In this document: positions 39,950 to 51,814 of the stretch, one piece after another
Layout: each line of letters opens with the position of its first letter
Position numbering within the stretch: the first letter of the stretch is position 1
Assembly (NCBI GenBank): GCA_000934665.2
Contig: KZ538042.1
Coordinates: 1-64,000, forward strand
DNA length: 64,000 bases
Direction of reading: 5' to 3'
Origin: Catajapyx aquilonaris
Lineage: Eukaryota
Notes under the pieces: model-generated
The model's input: the letters and a program-made list of their open reading frames with translations, nothing else
The model's database searches: none
What the model was told of the DNA's origin: nothing
Position numbers and translations under genes: made by a program

Positions 39950-42216
39950 CTACTGTCCTGTAATAATTGTTGAATCGGGAAAGTGAAAGCTATGGTAACT
40001 ACTACCTAGGTGATCACTTGATGAGTCAACTTGTTTACAGTGGGGGTGTCGGACATGTCAATTCTGTATATGATATGGCGTTTCAATTGAAGCGTATGTT
40101 ATTACGCCCGTGGTTTTATGCCTGTACAGTGTGTGCTATGAAAATTTTTGTGCGCGAAAACCTACAGGTGTCGAGGGGATTTATGTTGTGTATAGCCCCC
40201 CGTTTGTCAATATGCCTATTATGCAACAAAGCATGGTCCACCCCCTCTTTCTCTCTATATTTGGGAGGGAACAAAATTCGCAGTAACTCGGGTCCAATTT
40301 TTGGTAACTGGCAATTTGGATCGCGGTCATGCAACTTTTAACTGTTAAATTAACACATTTTGCCAATGGCTGCGGTCGCCTGTTTTAGAAGCCCCCCCTG
40401 TAACGTTCATTTTAAAATTTTAAATGCGTCAAACCGCGTTTACTCTTCTGACCAAATGACACGCGTGCGATATAAAGTAATTAATTGCAGCGTCCCAAAC
40501 CGCATAATTTTTGGTAATTAGTGGGTCAGAAATTATTTCATCGTCGGCCAGGTTACACTGTTTTATCCTACCCATCACTGATGTTCTAAAAATGGATGAA
40601 TTCTTTACTGCGCACCCACACTCGCGCATATCCATAGTTCTGACAACAACATTGCCAGCGTTACAACCCAGGGTTGAGGTTCGTTGCTGAGTATTTGCAA
40701 AGTCGCAAACGTCAGCCATTTTGTTCTTCCCCCCAGAGTAGCGTTAGAAATAAGTGCAGCACAGTTCAGCCACTATTTGATAATGCCAACCGTGCAAGCT
40801 GCGCGAACTGTGGTGCGCACTCGGTTTCGCTCATTAAAAAAATCCCAAGTAGCAGTTTTTCGAAGTGGTTGCTCTGGATAAGGGCAGTGTATATTGTGGA
40901 GTTATTGTTAAAAATGGACGAGTGTTGATTCTCGCCCCCCGCGCTATTTTGTTATTTATTGGCCAGTAAAAACCCGGTGTAAACTTTCTTTTTTGTACAG
41001 TGCATGTGTGTGTACATGAGAGCCGTCCCTGCGTGACGCCTCTTTTTTTTAACCCCCCCATTGTTTGATGCCCGCCGACCATTGTTTGCAATATTGACGC
41101 TGAAGCCATGTACATAATACCCTGTATATGTATATCCACCTCCCCCACTTCCATTGGCCGGATTCCATTAAAAGCCGGGGTGAAATATTCGCTCTGTTAC
41201 AATAACTTCATGATTAGGCCTAAAGTGCTCAATATAATAATAATTTTCCTGCTAATCATGTGGCCGGAGCGTATGGCTAAACCCGATTTGAATAAATCAA
41301 GCCTTTCATTCCAACACACATCGTGGTATGACGCCCATCTCTCTAATAAATGAACTTGTGCCGATCACAAATACTGGCTGTGCACTATTCGGGACATGAA
41401 GTTGGGGATTGTGGGTGTGTGTCTCAACAAGCGGAATTTTTAAAATATTTTTTTTCCCTCCCTCCAACTGAAATGCTGACTATTCACAGCTGCGCTTTTT
41501 CGAATCGAGGGCTCAATTATTCCGGTCCAAATGCAGGTAATTTTTGGAACTTTTGGTGGGCCGAGCGGAACTGCATTTTTCGGCATGCACATTAGCATAA
41601 AAAATAATAACGGACCTTCCAAAAAAAAACATGTCCGTCCGGATTAGCCCCCACAAAATAGTTCAATTTCCTAGGCATTAGAGACCATTTATTGGGGGGA
41701 GCTGGTCATGATTTGTCAGGAACCGGAACTACCCCCGAAAAAAATTTTATATAGGACCATTTTCTTTCTCTTCACCGGATTTTGGTGCTGGCTTTTTAAA
41801 TAATTGCATTACCATTTGACGTGGCTTTTTACCCCCTCTCTCCCTACCTCCCCATGTCCACGTAACGCTGGTCGGAGTGTCAGGCTGTGACTAATACATT
41901 TGCGTGGTATCAGGAAGGAAACGAATCAAATAAAACGCGGTGAATAAATCATCGAGGTTTTTTTTGGATTGGGGGTGGATGGGGTGGATGGGGGAGATCG
42001 GTTTACACGGCAGTCATTCATTCGTGAGTGATATCTGATTAGAGTACCGGACATGAACGTGTGTAACGGCCGTGTCAGAATCGGAGACACCTTGCCTACA
42101 GAATGACGCACAACACACACTGTTCGCTCTATTCATTATTCAGAATCCTCTCTGGGTCCTAAACTCAATACCGGTTGAAAATCCTATATACTAATACCCT
42201 TATTCTGTCTGTCCGT

Positions 42217-42780
42217 TTTGACTCATCGCCTATACAGGTACCATAGTTTTCACTTTCCCCTTTCAACAATTTAGATGTCATATCGCGGTCAGAGAGGGTG
42301 TGACCCACTTCAATGGAGGCGACGCACTCGCTGGGTATAGCACCCTGGTGGGCTTTGTCCGCGCGGTGACTCATCACCAACGTGCATGTAGTACTTCTTT
42401 CCCTCCCTAAGCAGTAGATGCGCAATCTGGTAGGGGCCTATTGCACTATTGTCAAATGCAAATAGGAACGATTGCGCAACCCGGAGTGCGCTGAATACAG
42501 TCCGGGAAATCGAAGGGGTTTTAAATGAAACACCCCCTCTTGTGACCCTTATTTCCAACGCTGGCTGGGGGAAATGGCTGGGAATGGGCCGGCGTTGGAA
42601 ATAAGGATCACAAGAGGGAGTGTTTCATTAAAAACCCCTTCGATTTCCCGGACTGTATCCAGCGCACTCTGGGTTGCGCAGTCGGTCTTATTTGCATTCG
42701 ACAATACTTCCAAATCCGGAGGGGGGGGGGGGAGCAGTGTTGCCAAAATTTGGCAAACTAGTCCGCTACTAGTATCACTA
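42217..42780. mobile_element. Family E copy interrupted by a foldback MITE
   Basis: TTGACTCATCGCCTATA..GGTACCATAGTTT...CACCCTGGTGGGCTTTGTCCGCGCGGTGACTCATCACCAACGTGCATG, resuming after 42706. Confidence 0.7.
42449..42704. mobile_element. Near-perfect 256-bp foldback MITE with TA target duplication
   Basis: TA|TTGTC...GACAA|TA with ~120-bp inverted arms. Other family E copies read GGCCTATTGTACTACGTC at the empty site. Confidence 0.85.
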
Positions 42781-43299
42781 TAAACATCTGCTGTCAGCTA
42801 ATTAAAAAAAAAAAAGCTAGCTTCCAAAATAGTTATTCGGAGCCTTGCATCCAGAACTTATCGAGAGAAAAAAATTAGCCGCCCAATCCATCCGTGTATG
42901 CAGGGGGTACAATGGGAGCGATCAGAAGTGAGGAATTTTTCGCACCGATGGGGTTCAAAACTCTCATCTCCGCAGCATCCCGTGATGGACCGAAAAAAAA
43001 GGAGTGGTGGGTGGGTGGGGGTGGAATAAATGTTGAAAAACGCGACCGGTCTGCGGCTCAAGTTGGGCGTATTATCCAATCAGCAGCGTTGGCTTGGAAC
43101 TATCCAGGGGGGGGATTGGAATATTGAAAAAAAAGAAAAAATCGTGGGGGTCCCATCATTTTCCAACCCTCCCCCCCCCCCTTTCGCCTTGAATCCTGGA
43201 TGATCGCAAACAAAAGGCGGCGTTTTAGTTCACATCCTCTCTCCCAGAATATTATTGCGGATCCACTGGATCGTATCCACAAAATACCTTTGAACTTTT

Positions 43300-43302
<3 letters not shown>

Positions 43303-43359
<57 letters not shown>
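43303..43359. repeat. (CT)n microsatellite
   Basis: Pure dinucleotide run. Confidence 0.95.
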
Positions 43360-43361
<2 letters not shown>

Positions 43362-44008
43362 CACCTCCCCCTGTGTCATTGGTCCCATTGTCTTGAGTGT
43401 GTGGGCTGACTGATAATGGGGCAAAATTGCTACTGAATAGTGGGGGGATTATTGGGAAGGGCTATGGCTACAATGGAGCGTCACTGGAAAGGTGTTGGGC
43501 TGCTAAGCTGATTGGAGGAACTTAACCGTGAATATAATGGCTATTGGACACGGTGTAGAGCCAGTGAGAGGGGGGGGGGGGGGAAGCCACCCCCCATTTC
43601 AACACCCGGCTCGACCGAGAGTGAATATCTAATAATGAAGTTATTTCGGCAGAAAATATTGCGCAGATACGGGGCTTTGCAGCTGCTGCATTGTTGCCCA
43701 GGATTACCCTGCAACCGGGGTGGGATTCACACGGGCCAAAAAAAAAGCGAGGTTAAGGTTGCGACGAAAAATTTACGCCCTTGCTGCAACGCTTTTTATA
43801 GAAACCACAACTGCAGGGTGGTCTAAAAAAAGCCTAATATTAGCAGCTAATGTTATGATAACATATGAAAGGAGCTGCTTAAAAATATGTGCCAATGAAG
43901 TATTTACGCCTTTCGTTCCTCAGGATTTTGACAAATATATTGCAGTCTCCACGTCTCACATAAGTAACAAAACCATACTTTTTACGCCCTTGCCCACACA
44001 TCCACGCC

Positions 44009-44381
44009 GTTCGGGCTTGCCCCATGTTCGGACTTACCCTGTGTTCGGACTTGCCCTGTGTTTAGACTTGCCCTGTGTTCGGAATTACCCCGTATTTGGA
44101 CTTGACCTGTGTTTGGACTTGTCTTGTGTTCGGAATTGCCCTGTTTTTGGACTTGCCCTGTGTTCGGACGTGTCCAATGTTCGGAATTACCCCGTTTTTG
44201 GACTTGCCATGTGTTTAGACTTGCCCTGTGTTCGGAAGTGTCCTATGTTCGGAATTACCCTGTGTTTGGACTTGTCCTGTGTTCGGGATTACCCCGTTTT
44301 TGGACTTGCCCTGTGTTTAGACTTGCCCTGTGTTCTGACGTGTCCCATGTTCGGAATTACCCTGTGTTTGGACTTGCCCTA
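44009..44381. repeat. ~17-18-bp minisatellite (GTGTTCGGACTTGCCCT-like)
   Basis: About 21 degenerate units; it generates the repetitive tail of ORF 43720-44397. Confidence 0.9.
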
Positions 44382-44858
44382 CTTTACCTTTAAATGAAGA
44401 TACTTTGGCGGAAAACACTGCGAGGCATTGCAGAGCTGGTGCATCGCACCCTGTACCAAAAAATAGAAGAGTAAGCCCCCCCTGGCTGGTGGAATGAGTT
44501 GTGTGAGATAATAACTGATTGCGGCAACGTTGCCCAAGGCTGTGTAATGTCGGGTTCCTTATCGGAGGTTGGCTTGTGCCCAAACCTATCCAATGATAGT
44601 TAATAATTTACCGCGTTAAGTACCTCGACGATGTAATTGATTTATTTTTTCAAACTGGGGAGCCAGTGGGAACGGAACGCTTGCAGCTCGGATAAGGTCG
44701 TCTTTTATGCATGCTGACTGGGAAGGGGGTAGAGTCGCACACTTCCGCCTTTTTCCCTGCATAAAAAGCCTGCTCTTTCTTATTGCCAAACCCTCTCTCA
44801 GGGGGACACGCTGCATGGTCCTTTCGCTGTGATTTTGCAGCCAAACATATATACAATA

Positions 44859-45158
44859 CTAGCAGGGGACCCGTTCTTCGCACGGAGATCGATAAATCCG
44901 GATAAATCTAAATGAAAGAAGTTTGTAAAAGCTTGTCAAATTCTCGCAGATGAATACCAAACGTCGTAAAAAACAAAAACCAAAAATCCCTAAAGTTTGG
45001 GTATTTAGACTCAAAAAAGTGCGGATTTCGGCCTTTTCCCGGAATCAGCGGCATGTAAGATGTGTGTGTGTGTGCGTGCCAAGTTTCAGCACTCCGGATG
45101 GGAGTTAAACATCCGTGACATACACATGGACAAACATTCTGCTTTATATAATGTAAGA
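44859..45158 (-). mobile_element. Non-autonomous Helitron, family F, copy 2
   Basis: Minus strand A|TCTTACATTATATAAAGCAG ... CCGTGCGAAGAACGGGTCCCCTGCTAG|T. Confidence 0.85.
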
Positions 45159-47634
45159 TGATGCCCGAGTGTCACCAGCTGTAGCCCTATCAATTCAGGA
45201 GTAAATCTCTTGTAAACACTTATACCTAACTGTAGTTTCCGTTTTGATTTTTGATAATTTCAACTCTCGGGACATGACAGATGAGGTCATCATACACTTC
45301 AGGGTCGCTGAACTCGTGAAAGGCATGGGGTATTTGCACCGAGTAGAGCCCCGTACTATTAATATCCGACTGGATTAAGCCGTTTACTCTCAGGGTGAAA
45401 AGTTTAATTAATATTTTGAAATGCTGGATATATGGTTGGAAGTTTTGTGTGCGCAATGGACCACCCTGCATCCGCTGTGTGTTTTTACTGCGGCCCCATT
45501 TGGAGTGGAAGGGGTTACGGTATGCCCCCCTTCTCCGCCTCCACACCTGGCACCCCCTGGATGCACGCCAGGCGCACGCACTCACCAGCACACATTCATA
45601 CACATAAAGGACTCGTAGGTTTGTGTCAGCGAGTGGCCCCGAAGGAAGGATATGGAGCCCCCATTTATTTTACGACCTCTGGAGATACTCTTTTTTACGA
45701 CCCTCAACAAACGGCTGCCACCAACTTTATTTTCATTTTTATACACTTCCCCCATACCCCCCTCTCGCACATGCATGAGGGTGTATGCCTGCTGGCTCTA
45801 GAGTTATGCTTCCCTCGGGGCCTGAAGCAGCGCCTGCAAGCGGCCAGCCAGAGCAAACCCTCCAAGGACAGCAGGAGGTGCCATGACTTATGTAGAGTTT
45901 TGCCGTGACACCAACCCATGTACTGCCCCTGAAGGGTGCTACCAAGACGGGGAGGGAATGACTTATGGGCCCTCGGGTGGGGCAGGTTTTGGCCCAGGGG
46001 TAAACACACGAGTTGCTCCTAGAAACTCACCCATCTCAATACATTGTTGATTGTTCCTCAGGTTGCGTAACTCGGCCTTTGCCATGACCCGAATGCAACA
46101 TCGATTTCCAGATCGAAACCACACATCGACAAACATGCAATTTTCATTAAAACCACTTACGGCCATTTGCATATCTTTCTCCTAATAGGTTGATTCTCTC
46201 CGTCTGATATTTGCCCGACGCAACGACTCGAGGGTCGCAGTAGTGTGAAGAGGGAGTATGCGCCATCTGTGCGTGAAGAATACTACCACATGGTAAATCG
46301 GCGGGCTGTCTCATTAAAGCCGTTTGATTGTCAATATCATATACTGCGTCTAGGTTTTGCCAATGGGTTTGTTAGTTATTTAAGAAATACATTGCACCCT
46401 TTGTGAAACTTGGACTTGGACAATGTACCACCCTGTGTGAAGCAAGCGACGTTGTTTGCAGCAAAGTATTCGGTGTCTGAGAGGCGTTTGCAAAGGTGGT
46501 GGAAAAGGTTGGGAATATTATTCCGGGCCCTTTCATCATTTGATATTACAGGGGAGCGTTAGCGGTGGATTTATAAGCCCCTTGGAAAATCCGGGCACAT
46601 AAACACACAGCAGCAGCCACGCACCGCTCTCTACTACTACTACTGTACCTCTCTCACCCCTAGAGAGGGGGAGAGAAGGCTTTAATCCAATTCCGACGTC
46701 AAATAAGGGAAAACACCGGTATGGATGTAAATGGGGGGAGGCTCTTCTTTGCGAAAACATCATGCAAGTTTAATCTGAAAGATTTGCGGTCAGACCGAAT
46801 TAGCGAGCCGCCCTTTGACCCTTTCCCTCCCAGCAGCTTGGCTAGGAACTAATTCGTCATTATTTTCTTCCCCTTTCCCTCGCTCCGTAAACACAATCCA
46901 GCCAGCTCTTTCCGATTGTTTTGCCGGATGGTGCGGGTTGGAGAAAGAAAGGAACTTTGGAAAATCCGGAAAAGAAAAATATCTTTGGAAGATAAAGTTC
47001 GGTGGCCTGGAAGCAAGCCCTATATAATTAACAATCGGTAGCCAAGCCATCCTCGTAAATGAAATGTTATCCGTCAAAAGTGACAAAATGTGCGAGTTTC
47101 GTGCAAAATAACCACTGATATTCCGAAGTAACGGCGAGCAGTTTATATCCAGTTGTTTTTCCATCATCGTATACCCGCTACTGAGAAAGAAACATGTAAA
47201 TTCCTGCGAGGTCTACACTGTGCAGTGCGGAAATTGTGACAATTTGAGCAAAGAGAAGTAGCAGGAAATTCCATGCAGTGATCCGGTTATGTCGCGATGT
47301 AACCCCCCGCCATTGCGCCCAGGAAATAGCAGGAATTTCCCAACTAGTAACGTCAAAATGTCACGGGAATGCCAGGAAGGTCCTAGAAGTACAAATCGAA
47401 CTAACTCTCGTAAGTATCCGGAAATGCCCCGGAATCCCACCTTGTCTTTGGAGGGGGGGCCCACTATCACTAATTTCATTCCATCCCATCGCCCACCTAC
47501 GTACAAACAAACGCCATGAAATTCCAATCAGCTCCATGAAATTCAAACCTATTCCCCACATTGAATTCTATAAATTTGTCCAGGAAATGACTGAGCGATG
47601 TCTCCTGAAAATATGAAACAATGCCCAGTGAGAA

Positions 47635-47953
47635 AAGGCCTCGAAATGACAATAATTATGTTCCCCTAATCTAGCCTAGCAGGTTAGGATAGCTTAGGAT
47701 AGCCTAGGATATATCCTAACCTATCCTAACCCTGCCTAGGGTTAACCTGTTTGGGTTAGGATAGGTTAGGATATAGCCTAACCTATCCTAACCTATCCTA
47801 ACCTATCCTAACCCCTAGAATAACTAGATTAGGGTTAGGATAGGATATATCTTAACCTATCCTAACCTATCCTAACCCTAACCTGATGTATCATAACGAG
47901 CCCTGAATGGACTGCCATTTGTCATTTTATTTGCAACTTATTGTGGAGGCCTT
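47635..47953. repeat. TTAGG/ATAGG repeat block in alternating orientations, probably inside a MITE
   Basis: GGTTAGGATA and TATCCTAACC tracts switch orientation several times (47668-47885); flanking AAGGCCTC..AAATGACAA / TTGTCATTT..GAGGCCTT inverted motifs. Confidence 0.7.
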
Positions 47954-49554
47954 GGGGGTCCACCTGTGACGTTTTTTAAAGAGCCATTTTAGGTGGGTAA
48001 AAGTGGCCAGTCCTGGCCACTAGAAGAGGAGGAAATGCTTATAAAGTTCTTTTTGAGGTGGGTCAGACGTCGCCCGGAGCCCACCGAAAAAACTTGATTC
48101 TCAGTTGGCTGAAGGCAACTATGAGAGCAAAAGGGAAGGAGACAGGGTTGCCAGATACAGCAGGGTTTGAAAAAGGTGCAGCGAGGTGCAATCGATGTTG
48201 TTTGTCCGTCGGTCCCTCCCTGCCCATATAAGGCTCAACCCTTTTCCCATTTCCATGAAATGGATTTGGAAAACCCAGGGTGAGGGGAGGGGGATAAATC
48301 GCCTGCATCAAGAGGGGGGGGAGGGGACTTGCAACTATTTGATCTGCGGTTTGTGTTTTTTTTAGGGTGCCAAAAATAGGAAAAGTGGGATCGGGGGTTT
48401 TTGTTGCAGGAGAGGGTTTTTTTTGCGGTTTTTCATTCCCCCCCCTGTAGATAGGCAGTGTCATTTTCTCGCTGGAGCGATTGCGGTTATTGATTGCCCG
48501 CGTTTTAAATCGCGGTTTTGGAATTTTGGGAGGGGGCTCAGGCCTCCGAAATGGGACCCCGTTTGTTTTACTGGAGGAGACAGCAGAGTGTTGGTATGTA
48601 AGGTATACGGAAGAGGAGGGGGGTGAAGTTGATGAAAATTTGGAGGGATCTTCACAACATATCAGATTTCCAATCTGCCTCGATCAACAGGGTGTTCAGA
48701 AAATTGGAGCATAATTTCTGCGTATAAAAATAACGAAAGTTGTTGCTTCTTTCAGTGGTAAATTCACGACTTCCTTCTTTGGACTGTGGGGCTTGGTCCA
48801 CACTTCATACTCTAGTAATTTTATTGGGAATTTATGATTCGGTTTCCGAGCTGCTGCCTGGGGTTATCAGGCAGATAATTATTATTAGAGCGGCCAGCTG
48901 CAGCACCCTGTATTTTCATTCATGTCCTGCAGGCCTTTCTTTGGCCCCGGGTTTTGGCAAGAACCTCCTCCTCCTCCTCCTCCTCCCTTTCTTGTTCTCC
49001 CCAGTGAATCGATGGCGTTCAAAATTAGCAGTATATTGCGCAGTAATTGCAGTACTTACTTCGGGACAAGTAATGCGCTCTTGAATATGCATGGGGCGGT
49101 ACATACATCCGCAGCGGTACGGCACTAAATCACATTAAGCGTGATCTAAGAGGGTAGTGTATTACTGGAGCGTATTAGTTGGATGAGGTGGTTGGTGCAG
49201 CACTGGCACCATATTATAGTCTCCATTGGCTCCAGGGGAGACTCCTCTCTCAAATTGCATTTGCGGATAAAAATATTCGCAAATGTTTTTCCAGGATCCG
49301 CAAACTTTGGCGGCCTGCAGGAGGACGGAATTAGTTGGCTTAGCGGCTGATTATATTACTTGAAACATGGACTGGTCATATCCGATGGAGACTGACAGCG
49401 CTCACCTATCAAAGGAGCATTGAAGAAGCTGCGAGCCTTCTTTTGCCTTTGCCAGAAAAACGCGCCCACTTGTCCATTTGGCCAAAAAGTGGCATCAAAA
49501 GGTTCTTCCTCTGATTCTGACGCCGGAATTTAATTCGATATTTCTTCCCCCTTT

Positions 49555-49590
49555 TTCCTTCCTTCCTTCCTTCCTTCCTTCCTTCCTTCC
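49555..49590. repeat. (TTCC)n microsatellite
   Basis: Tetranucleotide run. Confidence 0.9.
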
Positions 49591-49939
49591 CTTTTTGCTC
49601 CCATGATTTTCGGGAAGGATCCAACCCCCACTGGTGTTTTTGATTGGCAGGGCATCATCTTAAGCAGGGCTGGTTCCACTTACACGCCCAAAAAGTCCTC
49701 AGATGTCATCCTGTCATCCGCTTCTGGGGCGGGGAGATGACGATGGGGAATTTCTGCATCACCCTTTTTTGGTGCTCACAAGTCAACGATGACGCAAAGT
49801 TCAAATACTGATGGTTCATGTTTCAGCTGCCATGGTCATTAGTCGTGTTCGAATGAGAAATGTTACCTTTAAATCAACTGGTGACGTCTGTAGGTCACGA
49901 GCCAACTGATGACGTCAATGTTATGTTTAAAGCAACTAT

Positions 49940-50110
49940 CAATATACTATCAAAATACTCCGTTGTTTGTAATTTAAGCATTCTGATTGGTCCGCCGCAC
50001 ATTGTTGTTACCGCGTCGGTTCCGATTGGCCCACGTCCTGCGCATGCGCAATGGGGGTTGAAGCAGCGCCTCTGGCGGGCGGGCGAAGGAACTACAGGCA
50101 GGCCACGCTA
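49940..50110 (+). mobile_element. Helitron family G fragment
   Basis: TTCTGATTGGTCCGCCG..ATTGTTG..CCGCG..TTCCGATTGGCCC..GCGCATGCGCAATGGGG..CAGCGCCTCTGG is the reverse complement of ~51580-51680. Confidence 0.65.
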
Positions 50111-51433
50111 ACTTCCCATTGACGTCGTAGTTTTTGTTTACAAATTCCTAGTGTTACGTTTAAATCAACTAGTGACGTCTATGGGACGTTTGATGGCGTC
50201 GTAATTCACCTATGTTTGAACCCAATGAGACGTGGTCGCTCGGCCACGTCTAAATCCTGGACTGCGGGATCGCTTTTTTATTATAATTCGGCTGAACTGT
50301 AGTGCAAACCAGCGATCCGACCGCCAATACAATGCTTCGTGCGTTACCTGCACATTTACAGTTCATCCCTGCGGCCGTAATTTCCCTGCCAACACGTGAA
50401 ATATCCCTCAGGATCTGGTTTCCGGATTTCCCTATACCTTCCCGTTTTAAAGCCATTCCGGGAGCGAGGTGGGGAATAAAAAAGGCTGGGAAAAATATAT
50501 ATAAAAAATAAACTAAATGCGGAGTATATCGGCAGAACGGTTAAAGCCCGCGCCGCTTTTTTATGTGTGCAAAATACGGATCGCTTATTTCGGGTTGGGG
50601 GAGGATTACCCGGAGCCTAGACTGGAATATCGATATTCTTGGATTGGATTGGATGCAATACGGGTTCTTCTAACCGGGAATCTTTTGACGCCGATAGTAC
50701 CGCACAGCGCTATTTTTGTAAGTAAAGAAGTTGTTGAAAAAGTGAAGCGCAACATTTTTAAAATTTTTATTTTTATACTCTACTTACAATTTAATATTTC
50801 CGCGCTAAACAGAGTCTTTGAACACGTGTAATTACGTCGGGAGTTAAATCATGCAGGAGCGACAGGTTGTCCGGATCTTTTTGTCCGACGTTGTTCCCCT
50901 CTGCAACCGGAGATTTTTAAAAAAATGAGTGTGTCATCGAGTTCATTACCGAGTTATTACGTGTCCATTACAGTAGTGCATTGCATTGTTTATGTGTCGT
51001 GCAAACAGCCCTTGAGCCTGTTGCACGGGGAAGTAAACAAGAGGCCTTGGCCAACTAATTAGAGGGAACAATAACTGTCGGTACAGGAGGCGCCTATTAA
51101 ACTCGCAGGGGTTACGTTTCAAAAATTTCCCGATTGTTTTGTGCCACGTTTGTTCGGAAAAATAGTGGGGGAGGCAGGGGGCGGCTTTTAATTTTAGTTA
51201 CACCCCAATCCCATGCCTCCCCATGAGACTGATTGAATTGGCGTCCATACCGCCGCATGATTGCGTCGCCACAAGTGCTCGTTGATTGGCGCCAAGCATC
51301 GAGTCATACTCTGTGTACAAGCTGCACATTCAACACCTCCAGTGGGCTTTGATCCACATTTTTGTTTGGAGCCAACACCCGCAGCTGCTAATATTAGCTC
51401 ATATCTGTCGGAAGATGTACATAGTTATACGTA

Positions 51434-51719
51434 CTAGAAAAACCCTCGCTTCGCTCGCATTTTTCTAGGCCTGCAGCGTACGGTGGTGGAGGCCATGAAT
51501 CGCTTTGGCCGTCGAACACGTCCTGATGTGCCAATACGAAACTGTTTACTTCCTGTCAACAACTTGACAGTTGTGCCCAACCACCAGAGGCGCTGCCGCC
51601 ACCCCACTGCGCATGCGTAGAACGCGGGCCAATAGGAAGCGTCGCGGCAACAATACGCGGCGGACTAATCAGAACGCTTATATACAAACATGCCCACTAC
51701 GATTTTAATATATATATGA
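51434..51719 (-). mobile_element. Non-autonomous Helitron, family G, full copy
   Basis: Minus strand A|TCATATATATATTAAAATCG ... CGAGCGAAGCGAGGGTTTTTCTAG|T, with a 3' stem and no TSD. Confidence 0.8.
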
Positions 51720-51746
51720 TATAATAAGATTCGTGTACTGCATTGT

Positions 51747-51814
51747 TACTAACATACTTTTCTCTACTTGCAGGTGAGTGTTGGCTGCGTTGACACACGC
51801 TGCTAGTGGTGAGT
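51747..51814 (+). other. Putative recursive splice site (ratchet point) 2 with 35-nt cryptic exon
   Basis: Perfect TACTAAC branch point (51747-51753), CTTTTCTCTACTTGCAG|GTGAGT at 51773/51774, second donor GTG|GTGAGT at 51809. Confidence 0.7.

Larger units (their letters stand above)
38996..40034. mobile_element. Full palindromic family E element carrying two nested MITEs
   Basis: ACAAG..GTTGACTCATC ... GATGAGTCAACTTGT ends; mirrored arms interrupted at 39292 and 39470. Confidence 0.8.

Noticed and set aside
43720..44397. 225-aa ORF with Cys/Leu-rich repeats resembling an LRR or metal-binding protein
   Set aside because: The repetitive part is the translation of a 17-18-bp minisatellite that is also open in a second frame; the N-terminal part resembles no known domain.
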